From assembly GCA_039208735.1 (NCBI GenBank), contig JBCCQY010000001.1:64001-128000 (forward strand): 64,000 nt of DNA, in the 5' to 3' direction. Source of the DNA: Myxococcota bacterium. GTDB taxonomy: Bacteria; Myxococcota_A; UBA796; GCA-2862545. A program made the position numbers and the translations under genes. The stretch's first letter is position 1; each line of letters starts with the position of its first letter. Of the stretch, positions 28,160-38,751 are shown one piece after another. The notes beneath the pieces are model-generated. The model was not told where the DNA came from and ran no database searches. It worked only from the letters and a program-made list of their open reading frames with translations.

Positions 28160-31100
28160 ATGTTCGGGTTCGTTGGACCACTGATGTTCGGCGTTGCCGG
28201 AGCGTCTCCCGAGCGGATCCTGGACAAAGAGCAATCCAAGGTCGTTGTCGCGTACCGCCGATCGCCTACAGCGGTCACGAAACAAGCCGTCCTCGATGCG
28301 GCGACCGCGGCTCGGAGTACGTGCGAAAGCGCAATGAACGTGCCGACCGCGTCGACGGATTCGTGCAAAGCAGCCTGGGAACTGTCACAGGTGGTGTGGT
28401 CCGAAACGGACCCCGCCCGGCTCACCGACCTCGATCAACTTGGCACAGCCCACTACGTCCGTGGCGAATATGCCGAGGCAGAAGTGCTCTTTCGACAAGG
28501 CCTGGCCATCTGTGAGGGGGAGCCTGGGTGTGAGCCCGTCAAGACGGCCGAAATGCTCAACTCGGTGGGCATCGTGGTCACCTCACAGGGGCGCTACGAC
28601 GAAGCGGAGCCGCTCTATGAAGAAGCCCTTGAGATCGGGGCGCGTGAGCTGGAGCCCGACGACCCCTCGATGGTGGAGTGGACGAACAGCCTTGGGCACC
28701 TCAAGCTTCAACAGGGGCAGTACGCCGAAGCCATCACCGTGCTGAGGCGGGCGGTGAGGTTGGGCGAACAGCGGTTCGGGCCCGATTCGGAGCGGATCGG
28801 AGGGCTGCTCAACAACCTGTCGATCGCGCTTAGCCGGACGGGGAAGTTTCCCGAGGCCATCGAGGCCAATCAGCGCTCGATCGCGATCATCGAGGCGACG
28901 CAGGGATCGGAGGCGTTGCCGCTGGCTACGTTGATGAGCAACCTTGCGATTCTCTACGTTCGGAACGAACAATCGGACGAAGCGGATCGGCTCTATCGAC
29001 GTGCCATTGCCATTTCGGAGTCTGGCTACGGCCCGGACCACCCCGTCACGGCCACCCACATGACCAACCATGGCGTGCTGTTGTCGATGTTGGCGCGCTA
29101 CGACGAAGCCGAGCCGAAGCTCCGGCGCGCCTTGGCGATTCGGGAATCGGCGTTGGGCAGCGACCATCCCAGCGTCGCAGACTCCCTCGGTTCGCTCGCC
29201 GAGATGTTGCGCACGCGGGGCGACCTTCGCGAGGCAGAGGCGCTAACGCGACGCGCTCTTTCGATTGCAAAAAGCCAGCTTGGAACAGCCCATTCTAACG
29301 TTGGGCTGCTCACCAACAACCTCGGCGCATTGCTGCACGACCTCGGCGAATTCGCCGCCTCTGAGTCTGCCTACCGCGAGGCGCTTGACATCTGGATGGA
29401 CGTCTACGGGGCGGACGACTACCGAACCGCGCGCCCGCTCTCCAATCTCGCGCTTGCGCTGGCCGACAGCGGACATGCGAAAGAGGCCGTCGAGCGCCTT
29501 CACGACGCCCTTGAGATCACAGAGACGGTATTCGGTCCCGACCACCGCGACGTGGGCTTGCGTCTGGCGAACATCGCAGCCGTGCTTGCCGAGACGGAGG
29601 ACTACGAGACCTCGGTGCCCTATTTCGAACGAGCCAAGGGCATCTTTGAAGCCACCTATGGCCCAGACCATCCCGAGATCGGGACCCTGCTTTCGAACTT
29701 TGCCCTGGTGCGTGAGAAGCAGGGACGACTGGACGAAGCCCTCGACATGCACCGTCGGGCCCTCGACATCACCTTGACCGCCAAGGGGCCCGCCGACCGG
29801 GCGACTGCGATCCGGAGGAACAATTTGTCGATTGCGTTGGCTGAAGCTGGGAACCAGCGTGAAGCGCTGCAAGAGATCACGAAGGCCATTCGAAGCCTCG
29901 AACGCCGCTACGGGCCCGATTACCCCTACTTGGCCCAGTTCATGGATAGCAAGGCGATTCTTCTTGTGAATCGGGGCCGAGCCCGGCCGTCCCAGCGATG
30001 GGTCGAGCAAGCGCTGAAGGTCGAGGAAGCATCGCTGCACACCAACCTGTTTTCAGGCACCCAACGGCAACGCTGGTCGAGGCTCCAAGGAAGCACCCGT
30101 CGAGTCGACCTGGCGGTTCAGTTTGGGGTCGATGGTGGAAAGCGAGACGCCGTGTGGGCCTTTGAGACGGTGTTGCGTCGCAAGGCGCGGACGTTGGATG
30201 CTCAACACGACATGCTGGAACTGGTGCGCCGCCGCGCCGATCCTGAAGGGCTTGAACTCATCGGGGAGCTGCTGCGCAACACCCGGGCGCTCACCTCGCG
30301 ACTGACGGCAGACCCCAACGGCGACCCGGAGTCGCTCGAGGCGCTACGGCGGCGCATCGAGAGCCTCGAACGCGAGCTTGCGACGCAGTCGTTTCAGTTT
30401 CAGGGGGCAAACGCGCTGCCCACGGCGGAAGCTGTGGCGGCCACGCTGCCCCCGAACAGTGCGCTGGTCGAGTACGTGACCTATGTTCGGCGCACGCCCG
30501 AGAAACCTGCGATTCCGTCGATGGCGGCTTTCGTGGTCTACCCCGATGCGACTGTAGTGGCGCACGATCTCGGCTCCGTCCGCACTCTCGAAGCGGCGAG
30601 CGACGAGTTGCGAGAAGCTATTGAGGATCGCAAGCAACTAACGCCGTTTATCACTCCTTTGTCTCGACAGGCCGTCGCGCCGCTGCAGCTCCTCGACCTC
30701 GACCGGGTGTTCATCGCGCCGGACGGTCCGCTCTCGCTCGTGCCATTCGAGTTGTTGTTCGGCGAAGGTCCAGCCCCCCTCGTGAGCTACCACACCACGG
30801 GTCGGGACCGCCTGGGGGCTCCGTCAACCGGCGACGCGAACGCACCCCTCGTGGTGTACGACGTGGCATATGGCGAACCCTCGTCGACGCGGGTGGCTTG
30901 GTCGGCGTTGCCCGGCACCCGGTCTGAGGGGGCCGCGGTCACGCAAGTGTTGACGGACGCGCAACAGCTCGTAGGCGCCCGGGCGACTGAAGCCGCGGTG
31001 CTAGCGGTCGAGCGGCCGGGTGTGGTGCACATCGCGTCCCACGGATTCTTCTCGCAGGGGCGGACCCGCTCGCCCGCCGATTCACCCGAGCGAGGGCTTG

Positions 31101-31558
31101 ATGTGATCGGGGACGATGCCCCAGCCGTGAAGTCGAGGCCTATGGCATCGCTGAGCGGCTTGGTGCTGGCGGGGGCCAATCAGCCGGCGCAGGACCTCGA
31201 TGATGGGATTCTCACCGCCGCCGAAGTCGCGAATTGGGACCTCCGCGGAACGCGGCTCGTCACGTTGAGCGCATGCCAGACCGGAGTGGGCGACGTCCAA
31301 GCCCGTGACGGGGTCCACGGGTTGCGTCGATCCCTTCAGCTCGCAGGCGCCCGATCGTATGTGTTGTCGCTTTGGAGTGTCGACGACCAAGCCACGGCCA
31401 CCCTCATGGCGGCGTTGTACGAAGCGCTGAAGCGGGGGCAGCCGGTCGCCGAAGCGCTGGCCGATGCCAAACGAACGGTCCGTGGCGAATCGAAATGGGC
31501 TCACCCGTTCTTTTGGGCTGGCTTCACGGCCGCTGGCGATGCCATGGTCCGCCTCTGA
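28160..31558 (+). CDS. TPR-repeat CHAT-domain (caspase-like) protease
   Basis: About a dozen 42-aa TPRs (GPDHP..A..LNNL); CHAT motifs IAPDGPL, LPGT..E, HIASHG, LSACQTG, SLWSVDD, HPFFWAGF. Confidence 0.92.
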   Translation: MFGFVGPLMFGVAGASPERILDKEQSKVVVAYRRSPTAVTKQAVLDAATAARSTCESAMNVPTASTDSCKAAWELSQVVWSETDPARLTDLDQLGTAHYVRGEYAEAEVLFRQGLAICEGEPGCEPVKTAEMLNSVGIVVTSQGRYDEAEPLYEEALEIGARELEPDDPSMVEWTNSLGHLKLQQGQYAEAITVLRRAVRLGEQRFGPDSERIGGLLNNLSIALSRTGKFPEAIEANQRSIAIIEATQGSEALPLATLMSNLAILYVRNEQSDEADRLYRRAIAISESGYGPDHPVTATHMTNHGVLLSMLARYDEAEPKLRRALAIRESALGSDHPSVADSLGSLAEMLRTRGDLREAEALTRRALSIAKSQLGTAHSNVGLLTNNLGALLHDLGEFAASESAYREALDIWMDVYGADDYRTARPLSNLALALADSGHAKEAVERLHDALEITETVFGPDHRDVGLRLANIAAVLAETEDYETSVPYFERAKGIFEATYGPDHPEIGTLLSNFALVREKQGRLDEALDMHRRALDITLTAKGPADRATAIRRNNLSIALAEAGNQREALQEITKAIRSLERRYGPDYPYLAQFMDSKAILLVNRGRARPSQRWVEQALKVEEASLHTNLFSGTQRQRWSRLQGSTRRVDLAVQFGVDGGKRDAVWAFETVLRRKARTLDAQHDMLELVRRRADPEGLELIGELLRNTRALTSRLTADPNGDPESLEALRRRIESLERELATQSFQFQGANALPTAEAVAATLPPNSALVEYVTYVRRTPEKPAIPSMAAFVVYPDATVVAHDLGSVRTLEAASDELREAIEDRKQLTPFITPLSRQAVAPLQLLDLDRVFIAPDGPLSLVPFELLFGEGPAPLVSYHTTGRDRLGAPSTGDANAPLVVYDVAYGEPSSTRVAWSALPGTRSEGAAVTQVLTDAQQLVGARATEAAVLAVERPGVVHIASHGFFSQGRTRSPADSPERGLDVIGDDAPAVKSRPMASLSGLVLAGANQPAQDLDDGILTAAEVANWDLRGTRLVTLSACQTGVGDVQARDGVHGLRRSLQLAGARSYVLSLWSVDDQATATLMAALYEALKRGQPVAEALADAKRTVRGESKWAHPFFWAGFTAAGDAMVRL

Positions 31559-31617
31559 CGTGAAGGGGGAACCCCGTATCGCTGCTTTGCATGGCCGCGT
31601 GAAGCCCCTCCTCGTGG

Positions 31618-34002
31618 ATGGAAGTCAGGTTACGAGGCGGCGTGTCTGATCTTCCCATCCAGCAGCTCGCCACCGCCTTTGAGACCGCCCGCGAGTCAGG
31701 CCCTGTCGTCATCACGTCTCCCACAGGATCGGGAAAATCCACCCAAGTCCCCCGCTGGTGCGCATCGTACGGGCCCGTGATGGTGGTGCAGCCGCGCCGG
31801 ATTGCGTGCCGGGCACTGGCGGCTCGGGTGGCTTCACTCGAGGGAACCCCACTTGGGGACCGCGTGGGCTACGTCGTGCGGGACGAGCGCAAGGCTCATG
31901 ACGAAAGTGCCATCGTGTTCGTGACGACGGGCATCGCTCTGCGGTGGGTCCGATCGGGAGCCATCGACCGGTTTGCGACGGTCATCCTTGATGAGCTACA
32001 CGAACGGAGCCTCGACCTCGATCTATTGGCGGCGCTCCTCGCTCGTCATCCGCATCTGGTGGCGATGTCCGCCACCATGGACGGCGATCGGGTCGCCGCG
32101 CACTTTGGGGGGCAGCACCTAAGCGCTGAGGGCCGCACCCATCCGGTCGACATCGTGCATCCGGATCGGCAACCGCCGGTGCCCGAACTCGATGGACTGC
32201 CCGAACGGGTTCGGACCGCCATCGAGCAGGCGCCCGAAGAGGGAGATGTCCTGGTCTTTTTGCCGGGAAAGGGAGAGATCCTTCGGTGTGAGCAGGCGTT
32301 GCAGAAGCTGCCTGTCGACGTCCGCCCGCTGCACGGGGGGCTCGCGCTTTCGGCCCAAGCCAAGGTGTTTGAACCGAGCGCCCGCCGGAAGGTGGTACTT
32401 GCCACCAATGTGGCCGAGACCTCGCTGACCGTGCCGGGGATTCGGGTGGTCATCGACAGTGGGCTCGAACGTCGAGCCCGCTACCACGATGGTCGCGGTG
32501 TGTTGACGTTGCTGGCGATTGGCGCAGACGCCGCCGACCAGCGGGCCGGTCGTGCAGGACGGATGGCTCCCGGCACGGCGATTCGGTTGTGGAGGGCGGG
32601 CACCCGGTTGGTCACCGCAACCCCCCCGGCCATCCATCGCGAGTCGCTCGTCCCGTTGGTGCTGGGAGCGGCGGCGTGCGGGGCTCCCAAGCTCGATCTG
32701 CCCTGGCTCGATCCGCCCAAGGACCATGCGATCGAGGCGGCTCGGGCTACGCTGCGGGGGCTTGGCGCGCTCGATGAGGACCAGGGCCTGACCGAAGTGG
32801 GGGCCACGCTGTTTGGGCTGCCCCTCGATCCCGCGCCCGGTCGGCTCCTCGTGGAAGCCAAAGCCGCAGGTCCTAAGGCTCTGGCCGACGCCATCGATCT
32901 GGTGGCCGCGTTGTCGGTGCGACGTCCCCTCTTCGGGCCGCAACGCCCTCGCGACCCCGACGACGACTTGCGGCGCCCGATTCCGTGGCCCGGACACGAT
33001 CTGTCGGGGCTCGAGTTGGATGGAGCGTCGGGATGCGACGCCACGGCGTTGGTTCGGGCGGTGCGCGAGGGGGAACCGCGACGGCATGAGCTGGACGGGC
33101 TCGCGCTACAAGAGGCGCGAACGGCCGCCAATCGACTCCGCGAGGCATTCGGACTCAAGGAGCCTCGACCGGCCTTCGATCGTCCGGGCCTGGCGCGGCG
33201 GCTGCTTGTGGCATGGCCCGGGGTGGCTCATGTTGCCCGACGACGCAAACGCGAAGTTGCTTGGAGCAATGGGGGGACCGAGCTGCGATTGGCCAAGCGG
33301 TCGGCGGTCGATGAGTCTGAGCCTGACGCGGTGCTGGTCCTCGACGTTCGAGCGGTCGCAAGGCACCGGTTGGAGCAGCAGCTTTGGTGTTCGGCGGCCA
33401 TGCCCGTGCCGCTTGCGTGGCTTCGGGCGGCGGGACTGGGCCGGGATCGGCTGGCCGGGTGCAGCGTCCAGAAGGGCCAAGCGGTCGCGAACCTAGAACG
33501 CGTCTATGCCGGTAAGGTGCTGGATCGGACGACGTCGGTGCCCGAGGGTGCGGTTGCCCGACAAGCCGTGGCCGAGCTGTTTGTCCGCGGTACGATCTTC
33601 AACGTCCGGGAAGCGAGACGCCGGGTGGAGGCGCGTGCGTTGTGGGCTCGGTTGAACGACGAAGCCTTGCCCCCTCCGCTCGAGGATTGGGTTGCGGCCA
33701 AGCTCGAAGATCTTGGCGTGGAGTCCGGCGCGGATCTGGTGTTGCTGAGCGAAGACGACCTGCTGCCCGACGCACTTCCCGCATGGGAGCAGGAGCGCCT
33801 CGATAAGGACTTTCCCCGGGAACTCGACATTGGAGATGCGAAGTACACGATCGAGTACCACCCCGCTCGCATGCTCATGGAGTTGCACAAGACATCGGGC
33901 AAGCGGAAGGCCCTTCCCCCCGCGAGCTATGTGCCCAAAGTCCCGGGTTGGCGGATCGATGTGATCGACAAGAAGGTACGTCGAACCTTGCGTGGCCGCT
34001 GA
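31618..34002 (+). CDS. hrpB: HrpB-like DEAH-box RNA helicase
   Basis: PTGSGKST, QPRRIA, DELH, MSAT, ATNVAETSLT, QRAGRAGR; C-terminus divergent; start may be GTG 31642. Confidence 0.8.
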   Translation: MEVRLRGGVSDLPIQQLATAFETARESGPVVITSPTGSGKSTQVPRWCASYGPVMVVQPRRIACRALAARVASLEGTPLGDRVGYVVRDERKAHDESAIVFVTTGIALRWVRSGAIDRFATVILDELHERSLDLDLLAALLARHPHLVAMSATMDGDRVAAHFGGQHLSAEGRTHPVDIVHPDRQPPVPELDGLPERVRTAIEQAPEEGDVLVFLPGKGEILRCEQALQKLPVDVRPLHGGLALSAQAKVFEPSARRKVVLATNVAETSLTVPGIRVVIDSGLERRARYHDGRGVLTLLAIGADAADQRAGRAGRMAPGTAIRLWRAGTRLVTATPPAIHRESLVPLVLGAAACGAPKLDLPWLDPPKDHAIEAARATLRGLGALDEDQGLTEVGATLFGLPLDPAPGRLLVEAKAAGPKALADAIDLVAALSVRRPLFGPQRPRDPDDDLRRPIPWPGHDLSGLELDGASGCDATALVRAVREGEPRRHELDGLALQEARTAANRLREAFGLKEPRPAFDRPGLARRLLVAWPGVAHVARRRKREVAWSNGGTELRLAKRSAVDESEPDAVLVLDVRAVARHRLEQQLWCSAAMPVPLAWLRAAGLGRDRLAGCSVQKGQAVANLERVYAGKVLDRTTSVPEGAVARQAVAELFVRGTIFNVREARRRVEARALWARLNDEALPPPLEDWVAAKLEDLGVESGADLVLLSEDDLLPDALPAWEQERLDKDFPRELDIGDAKYTIEYHPARMLMELHKTSGKRKALPPASYVPKVPGWRIDVIDKKVRRTLRGR

Positions 34003-34063
34003 GTGCAATAGCCATCGCCTCTCGATCGTATCGGGCCGCCGGTGCACGCCAGTCGGAGGAGTG

Positions 34064-34759
34064 GTGAATACGGTTCGATGGCTGCTGGGGTTGGGACTTC
34101 TTACTTCATGTCTTGGGGGACGTGCGCCTGACTTCACGTTGCCGAAAGTGTCAGGCTCCGAGGTGACCCTTTCCGAGAAGGGCGATGACATCGTCGTGCT
34201 GAACTTCTGGTTCACGTCGTGCGCACCCTGCCGGGCCGAGATTCCGGCTCTCTCGGCGTTCGCAAGGGCGAACCCGCATGTTCGACTGTACGGATTGTCG
34301 GTCGACAAGCTGACGCCGGAGCAGCTGGGCATCGCGTCGCAGCGCCTGGGCATCCACTACCCGGTGCTGCACGATGCCTACGGGCGGGTCGCCCGCAAGT
34401 ACGGGGTGAGCGCCTACCCTACGACCTTCGTGGTCCGCAACATGCAGATTGTCGACAGCCATCGCGGTGCAATCCGCCGAGACCAGCTCGAGGCCATGGT
34501 TCAAGCGGCCGGGCAATCGTCCATTGCGGTCGAAGATCCCCTTTCCATCGGCGAAGATCCGTTTCAGGGCTACGGTCGGGTGGGCGACGATGGTGTGTAT
34601 CGCCGGTCTCACTCGCCGACGGCTCGTCCGAAGGCATCGGGAGGGTTCCTGATGCCGTTTGGACTAGCGTGCCTCGCGGGTACCGCCGTCTTTGTCGTTG
34701 GGGCCATGGTCGCGTACCGCGTTTGGCAGGTCCCCGAAGACGAGGCCAAAGAAGGGTAG
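34064..34759 (+). CDS. TlpA/ResA-type thioredoxin with C-terminal TM anchor
   Basis: APDFTL, LNFWFTSCAPC, YPTTF. Confidence 0.88.
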   Translation: MNTVRWLLGLGLLTSCLGGRAPDFTLPKVSGSEVTLSEKGDDIVVLNFWFTSCAPCRAEIPALSAFARANPHVRLYGLSVDKLTPEQLGIASQRLGIHYPVLHDAYGRVARKYGVSAYPTTFVVRNMQIVDSHRGAIRRDQLEAMVQAAGQSSIAVEDPLSIGEDPFQGYGRVGDDGVYRRSHSPTARPKASGGFLMPFGLACLAGTAVFVVGAMVAYRVWQVPEDEAKEG

Positions 34760-34815
34760 GTGACCGCAAAGCGTTCATGCCATGGTGGAAGCCTGATCAC
34801 AGAGGTGGAGGACCC

Positions 34816-35223
34816 ATGGTGCGCTGGTGGATGGCAGGAATTGCGCTGGGGTGCGGTGGGGCAGCGGGGCCGAGCGCAAACGACACCGAACCCGAAGGAG
34901 AACCGGTCGACATCTGTGAGGGCGTGCGGATGTTCGATGTTGCCTCGTTGTCTTGTGATGCCATGCGCGGGGCGTATGACGGCCTTCTGAGCAGTGCGTC
35001 CAACTGTGTGACCGATGAGGATTGCCAGGCGCTCCGAAGTGGTTGCGAAGTTCTGCTCATCAATGCGTGCTACCGCGCTGCAAACACCTGCATCGACCAA
35101 GGGGATTTACAGCCGATCATCAATGCTTGGGGGGCGTGTCGGGGGGGTATGGAAGCCTGTCCAGACTGCGGCACCCCGCGCGTGTTCTGCGACGATGGAA
35201 CCTGCCAAGTCGATGAAAGCTGA
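34816..35223 (+). CDS. Small Cys-rich lipoprotein
   Basis: MVRWWMAGIALGC; many Cys; GGAGG RBS. Confidence 0.7.
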   Translation: MVRWWMAGIALGCGGAAGPSANDTEPEGEPVDICEGVRMFDVASLSCDAMRGAYDGLLSSASNCVTDEDCQALRSGCEVLLINACYRAANTCIDQGDLQPIINAWGACRGGMEACPDCGTPRVFCDDGTCQVDES

Positions 35224-35725
35224 TTCAGATCTGATCAAGATTCTCCTTGAGAATCAGGGGGAGGATTCCGAGACCACGTGGGCGGAGGATCTGGGTCCAG
35301 TAGGGACCGAGGGGGCTCGACGCGTGCGTCTGTGCAATGTGCCGTTCTTGCACTCCAGGCCGACGCATAGCGATGAACTGATCGTGGCTCCAGGAATCGA
35401 TGGCATGCTGACCTGGGACCGGGCTGGGGTGCCGTGGGAGCGCATCGACGAACGCATCGAACGCGATGGAGGCAAGTACGCGATGATCGTGGACTACGCC
35501 CCCCATGAGGGCGTTGATTCGGCCGAAGTGTTTGCCGGTCTCGATCAAGCCGCGACAAGCCACCAGGCTGTCGCCGAGGGATGCTATGGGCCGCGAGGCG
35601 AACGTCCCGGGCGGATCTACCTCGCCGTCCCCGAAGAGCGGCCGGTCGAGGCGATGATGGAAGCCTTGACCGCGGCCAAGGTGCAGGCACGACTCATCCT
35701 TGTGCACCCTCTGGACGAACCGTGA
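35213..35725 (+). CDS. DUF4265-like hypothetical protein
   Basis: E..WA.......RLCNVPF......D pattern. Confidence 0.6.
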   Translation: MKADSDLIKILLENQGEDSETTWAEDLGPVGTEGARRVRLCNVPFLHSRPTHSDELIVAPGIDGMLTWDRAGVPWERIDERIERDGGKYAMIVDYAPHEGVDSAEVFAGLDQAATSHQAVAEGCYGPRGERPGRIYLAVPEERPVEAMMEALTAAKVQARLILVHPLDEP

Positions 35726-35740
35726 GTCGCTTGAGGCCGA

Positions 35741-36295
35741 TTACCGGCCCTCGTCCACTGAAACCGATGCAGTGATTTGGCCGAGCATCGCGATTCGAGC
35801 TTGGACGTCGGCGTGGGTCATCCCGCCCTGTTGTCGGACTTCGCACGCCTGTTCGACGGCATCCATGACGGCTCCCGCCACCTCGACCGAAGGGACGGCG
35901 ATCCGCACGTGTCCCTTGAGGAGGCCTCGGGTTTTCACGAGGGTGAGTTCCCGGCCTCGCGTGTGCAGGGGGTGGGCCTGGAGTTCATCGAAGGTCCAAT
36001 GGATGGATGTCCCCTGTGAGGGCGCCTGGAGCAGGGTTTGCGTTGTGACCTCGGGACCCACCACATCGTAGACAAGCCCTCGCACCGAAAGGCGAAGCCG
36101 CTGGTACCGAAGTTGACCACTCGGTAGAACACAGGGAAAGGCCCAGGTTCGCTCGCTGTGGCCAAAGGCTTCGAGGGGAGCGGATGCCAAGAAGGCACGG
36201 CGTGACACCCGAAGCGGCGGATCGACGAAGCCGATCAAGAAGTACAACATCAGCGCCCCGAATCCGATCAAAAACGGCCACAGCCATTCCGCCAA
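35741..36295 (-). CDS. Hypothetical membrane-anchored protein
   Basis: N-terminal TM helix; fills the gap between genes. Confidence 0.55.
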   Translation of the reverse strand: MAEWLWPFLIGFGALMLYFLIGFVDPPLRVSRRAFLASAPLEAFGHSERTWAFPCVLPSGQLRYQRLRLSVRGLVYDVVGPEVTTQTLLQAPSQGTSIHWTFDELQAHPLHTRGRELTLVKTRGLLKGHVRIAVPSVEVAGAVMDAVEQACEVRQQGGMTHADVQARIAMLGQITASVSVDEGR

Positions 36296-36424
36296 TCCTG
36301 CCCCCGGCCCCAGGAGAAACGCCAGACGTCTGGTTTAAGCGTATTCCCGGTTGGCGAACCGAGCGACCGATGTCCGCTTCTTGGAACCTCGTTCGTCTAG
36401 GGTGCAAAGACACAGGAGGCCGAT

Positions 36425-38305
36425 GTGTGGGGGGTACTCTGGACGCTGGCGGCGCATGCCGCGGCGCCTGTCGGGGGAGAGCTTTCCGACCGGGCGGCCG
36501 TCGTGGTGGGGTCGAATCGACCCATGCCGGGGACTGCTCCCTTGCGCTACGCGCACGATGACGCTCGGGCCGTGGAACGCACATTGATCGATGTGGGGGG
36601 ATTCCAGCCCAGCGAGGTGGTGCGGCTGCTCGATCCTTCGGCTGACGAGGTGCGGCAGGCCCTCACTCGGTTTGGGGATCGGAAAACGCTCTGGTTCTAC
36701 TACTCGGGGCACGCCGATGCGGCGGCGCTGTACCCTGCAGGCGAACGGTTGCCGCTCGCCGATGTGCGCGCGGAGCTGTCACGCCACGAAGACGGCGTGC
36801 GAATCGGGGTGGTCGATGCCTGTGGAGGTGGGGGTTGGACCAACACCAAGTGCTTCGTTGCCGAGCCTCCAGGATTCGCGATTCCCGATCCGCCCGCGGG
36901 CGAGGGTCACGCATGGATTGCCTCGACCTCGGGAAGCCAGAAGGCGCACGAAGTCGCCTCATTGGGCGGGTCGCTGTTCACCCACCACTTCGTGAGTGGC
37001 CTGCGCGGTGCCGCCGATACTTCGGGCGAAGGCACCATCACCCTCAACGAAGCGTTTGAATACGCAAAAGCGCGCACCACCGAAGATGCCGCGACCCAGA
37101 TCCAGGCCCTGCAGACCCCGTCGTTTCAGGTCGACTTCCGCGGGCGCCGCGACATGGTGTTGACGGATCTCGAGCATGCTCCCGCCCGAATGCGGATCGT
37201 GCAGGACCAAGGGCCGATCCAAGTGGTGAGCCTGCAGACCGGTTTGGTGTTGCTCGAACTCGACAAAGGGCCGCGCAACGTCCAGCTCGCGCTTCCGCCG
37301 GGTCGCTATGCGGTGCGAGTGGTCGAGGGGGACGCCCTTCGTTCAAAGACGTTGGTGTTGCGCGCCGGTGATGCCGTGGTGGTCGCAGAAGGTGACCTGG
37401 TCGCAGGACCTGCCTTGGCCTTGAACGCAAAGGGGCCACAGCGCCGCATTCCCTACGATGAGGGGATGCTCGACCGAGGGATGGTGGAAGTCGCGCTCCG
37501 CACGTCGGACCATCAGCTACACAATGGAATTCTCGACGTCACCGTGGCGTTTCTGCCCCGCTTGACCGTCAGGCTCATGCCCGTGCTGGAACGCTTTCAT
37601 GTGTCGTGGGCGGTCAGTGATCGGGTCCAGGTCAGCCTGCCCGGGTGGGTCACCTGGCGGGTCAACCGGGGAGCATCCGCTGAGACCTTGGTTTGGGGCG
37701 GGGCCAAGCGGCTCGCTTATCTTGGTAACCAAATCGAGGGCGTCGACCCAGACGAGGTGTACGTCAGCCGGGACTGGGCGGTGAGCCCGGAACTCGGGGT
37801 GCTCCGCCGATGGCCCTTGGATGAGGTGCGCACGCTTGATCTGAGTGTGTTCGCGAGGACTGACCTTGTGTATCGGGGAACGGGATCCGGCACGTGGATT
37901 CCCGGCGCTGGGCAAACCCCGAGGGGCTGGCGTGAGGGAGCGGTGAACCTCACTGGCCAATTCGTCCTCCAGCGTCGATTGGGGCGGTTCGTTACCCTCA
38001 ATCTAGGTGTGGCCGTGTTCACGGGCCTTGCGTATGACCCACCTTCCGTGCGGGACGACCTCGAAAGTTCCTTCTTCAGAGAACAGCCGTACGTTGGACT
38101 AGGAACGCCGTACCAGCGAGCCGGTCGCTTTGCTCCCCTCGTGGCATTGCACATGACAAGAGACCTTCACCTGGGCCTCGATCCCGGATTGGGGGTCTTG
38201 GTTGGAGACCTCCCCAACACCCGCAGGCCACTCTGGATGTCATTGGGGGCCGGGTTTCGGATGCTCTACATCACGCCCACCGCGCTGTTGTCGTTCACCC
38301 GGTGA
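36425..38305 (+). CDS. Exported caspase-family (C14) peptidase with C-terminal beta-rich domain
   Basis: Signal peptide; LRYAHDDA, His in YYSGHA, Cys in VDACG, GSLFTHHFVSGLRGAAD, LPPGRY; amphipathic beta-strands at the C-terminus. Confidence 0.88.
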   Translation: MWGVLWTLAAHAAAPVGGELSDRAAVVVGSNRPMPGTAPLRYAHDDARAVERTLIDVGGFQPSEVVRLLDPSADEVRQALTRFGDRKTLWFYYSGHADAAALYPAGERLPLADVRAELSRHEDGVRIGVVDACGGGGWTNTKCFVAEPPGFAIPDPPAGEGHAWIASTSGSQKAHEVASLGGSLFTHHFVSGLRGAADTSGEGTITLNEAFEYAKARTTEDAATQIQALQTPSFQVDFRGRRDMVLTDLEHAPARMRIVQDQGPIQVVSLQTGLVLLELDKGPRNVQLALPPGRYAVRVVEGDALRSKTLVLRAGDAVVVAEGDLVAGPALALNAKGPQRRIPYDEGMLDRGMVEVALRTSDHQLHNGILDVTVAFLPRLTVRLMPVLERFHVSWAVSDRVQVSLPGWVTWRVNRGASAETLVWGGAKRLAYLGNQIEGVDPDEVYVSRDWAVSPELGVLRRWPLDEVRTLDLSVFARTDLVYRGTGSGTWIPGAGQTPRGWREGAVNLTGQFVLQRRLGRFVTLNLGVAVFTGLAYDPPSVRDDLESSFFREQPYVGLGTPYQRAGRFAPLVALHMTRDLHLGLDPGLGVLVGDLPNTRRPLWMSLGAGFRMLYITPTALLSFTR

Positions 38306-38751
38306 CGCATGATGAAGCCTACCGACGCTACTTTCCCATCATACGCACCAAGGTGTTCCGCATCTTGGGCTCGGGAGCGCAGGCCGAGGAAGTCGCCCAA
38401 GAGACGTTTCTGCGGTTTTGGCGAGAGGGACCGCGCGACGCCTCGATCGCCACGACAACGGCCTGGCTTTACCGAACGGCTACCCGCATGGCCATCGATG
38501 CGGTGCGACGACATTCTCTCGCCCTTCGCCATCGCACCCTGGGGGACGTCGTGACGCCGCCCACAGGGTTGCATGGACTTCAGCTCGACGAACTCGTGAA
38601 GCACGTGGAGCCTCGTTCGCTCGAAGCCGCGCTCCTGCATCGGGTCGATGGCCTGTCGCAGGCCGAGGTTGCCGAGGTCCTCGGCATTACCACCCGGTCG
38701 GTGCGTCGATTGCTCACCCGATTCGATGAAATGACGTTGGAAATTCGATGA
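38302..38751 (+). CDS. ECF sigma factor
   Basis: AEEVAQETFLR, WLYRTAT, DGLSQAEVAEVLG; GTGA overlap with the caspase stop. Confidence 0.92.
   Translation: MTHDEAYRRYFPIIRTKVFRILGSGAQAEEVAQETFLRFWREGPRDASIATTTAWLYRTATRMAIDAVRRHSLALRHRTLGDVVTPPTGLHGLQLDELVKHVEPRSLEAALLHRVDGLSQAEVAEVLGITTRSVRRLLTRFDEMTLEIR

Noticed and set aside
28160..34002. CHAT protease + helicase as a CRISPR-associated (Craspase-like) or defence system
   Set aside because: No Cas7-11 or array, and the HrpB-like helicase is a common housekeeping gene; adjacency alone is insufficient
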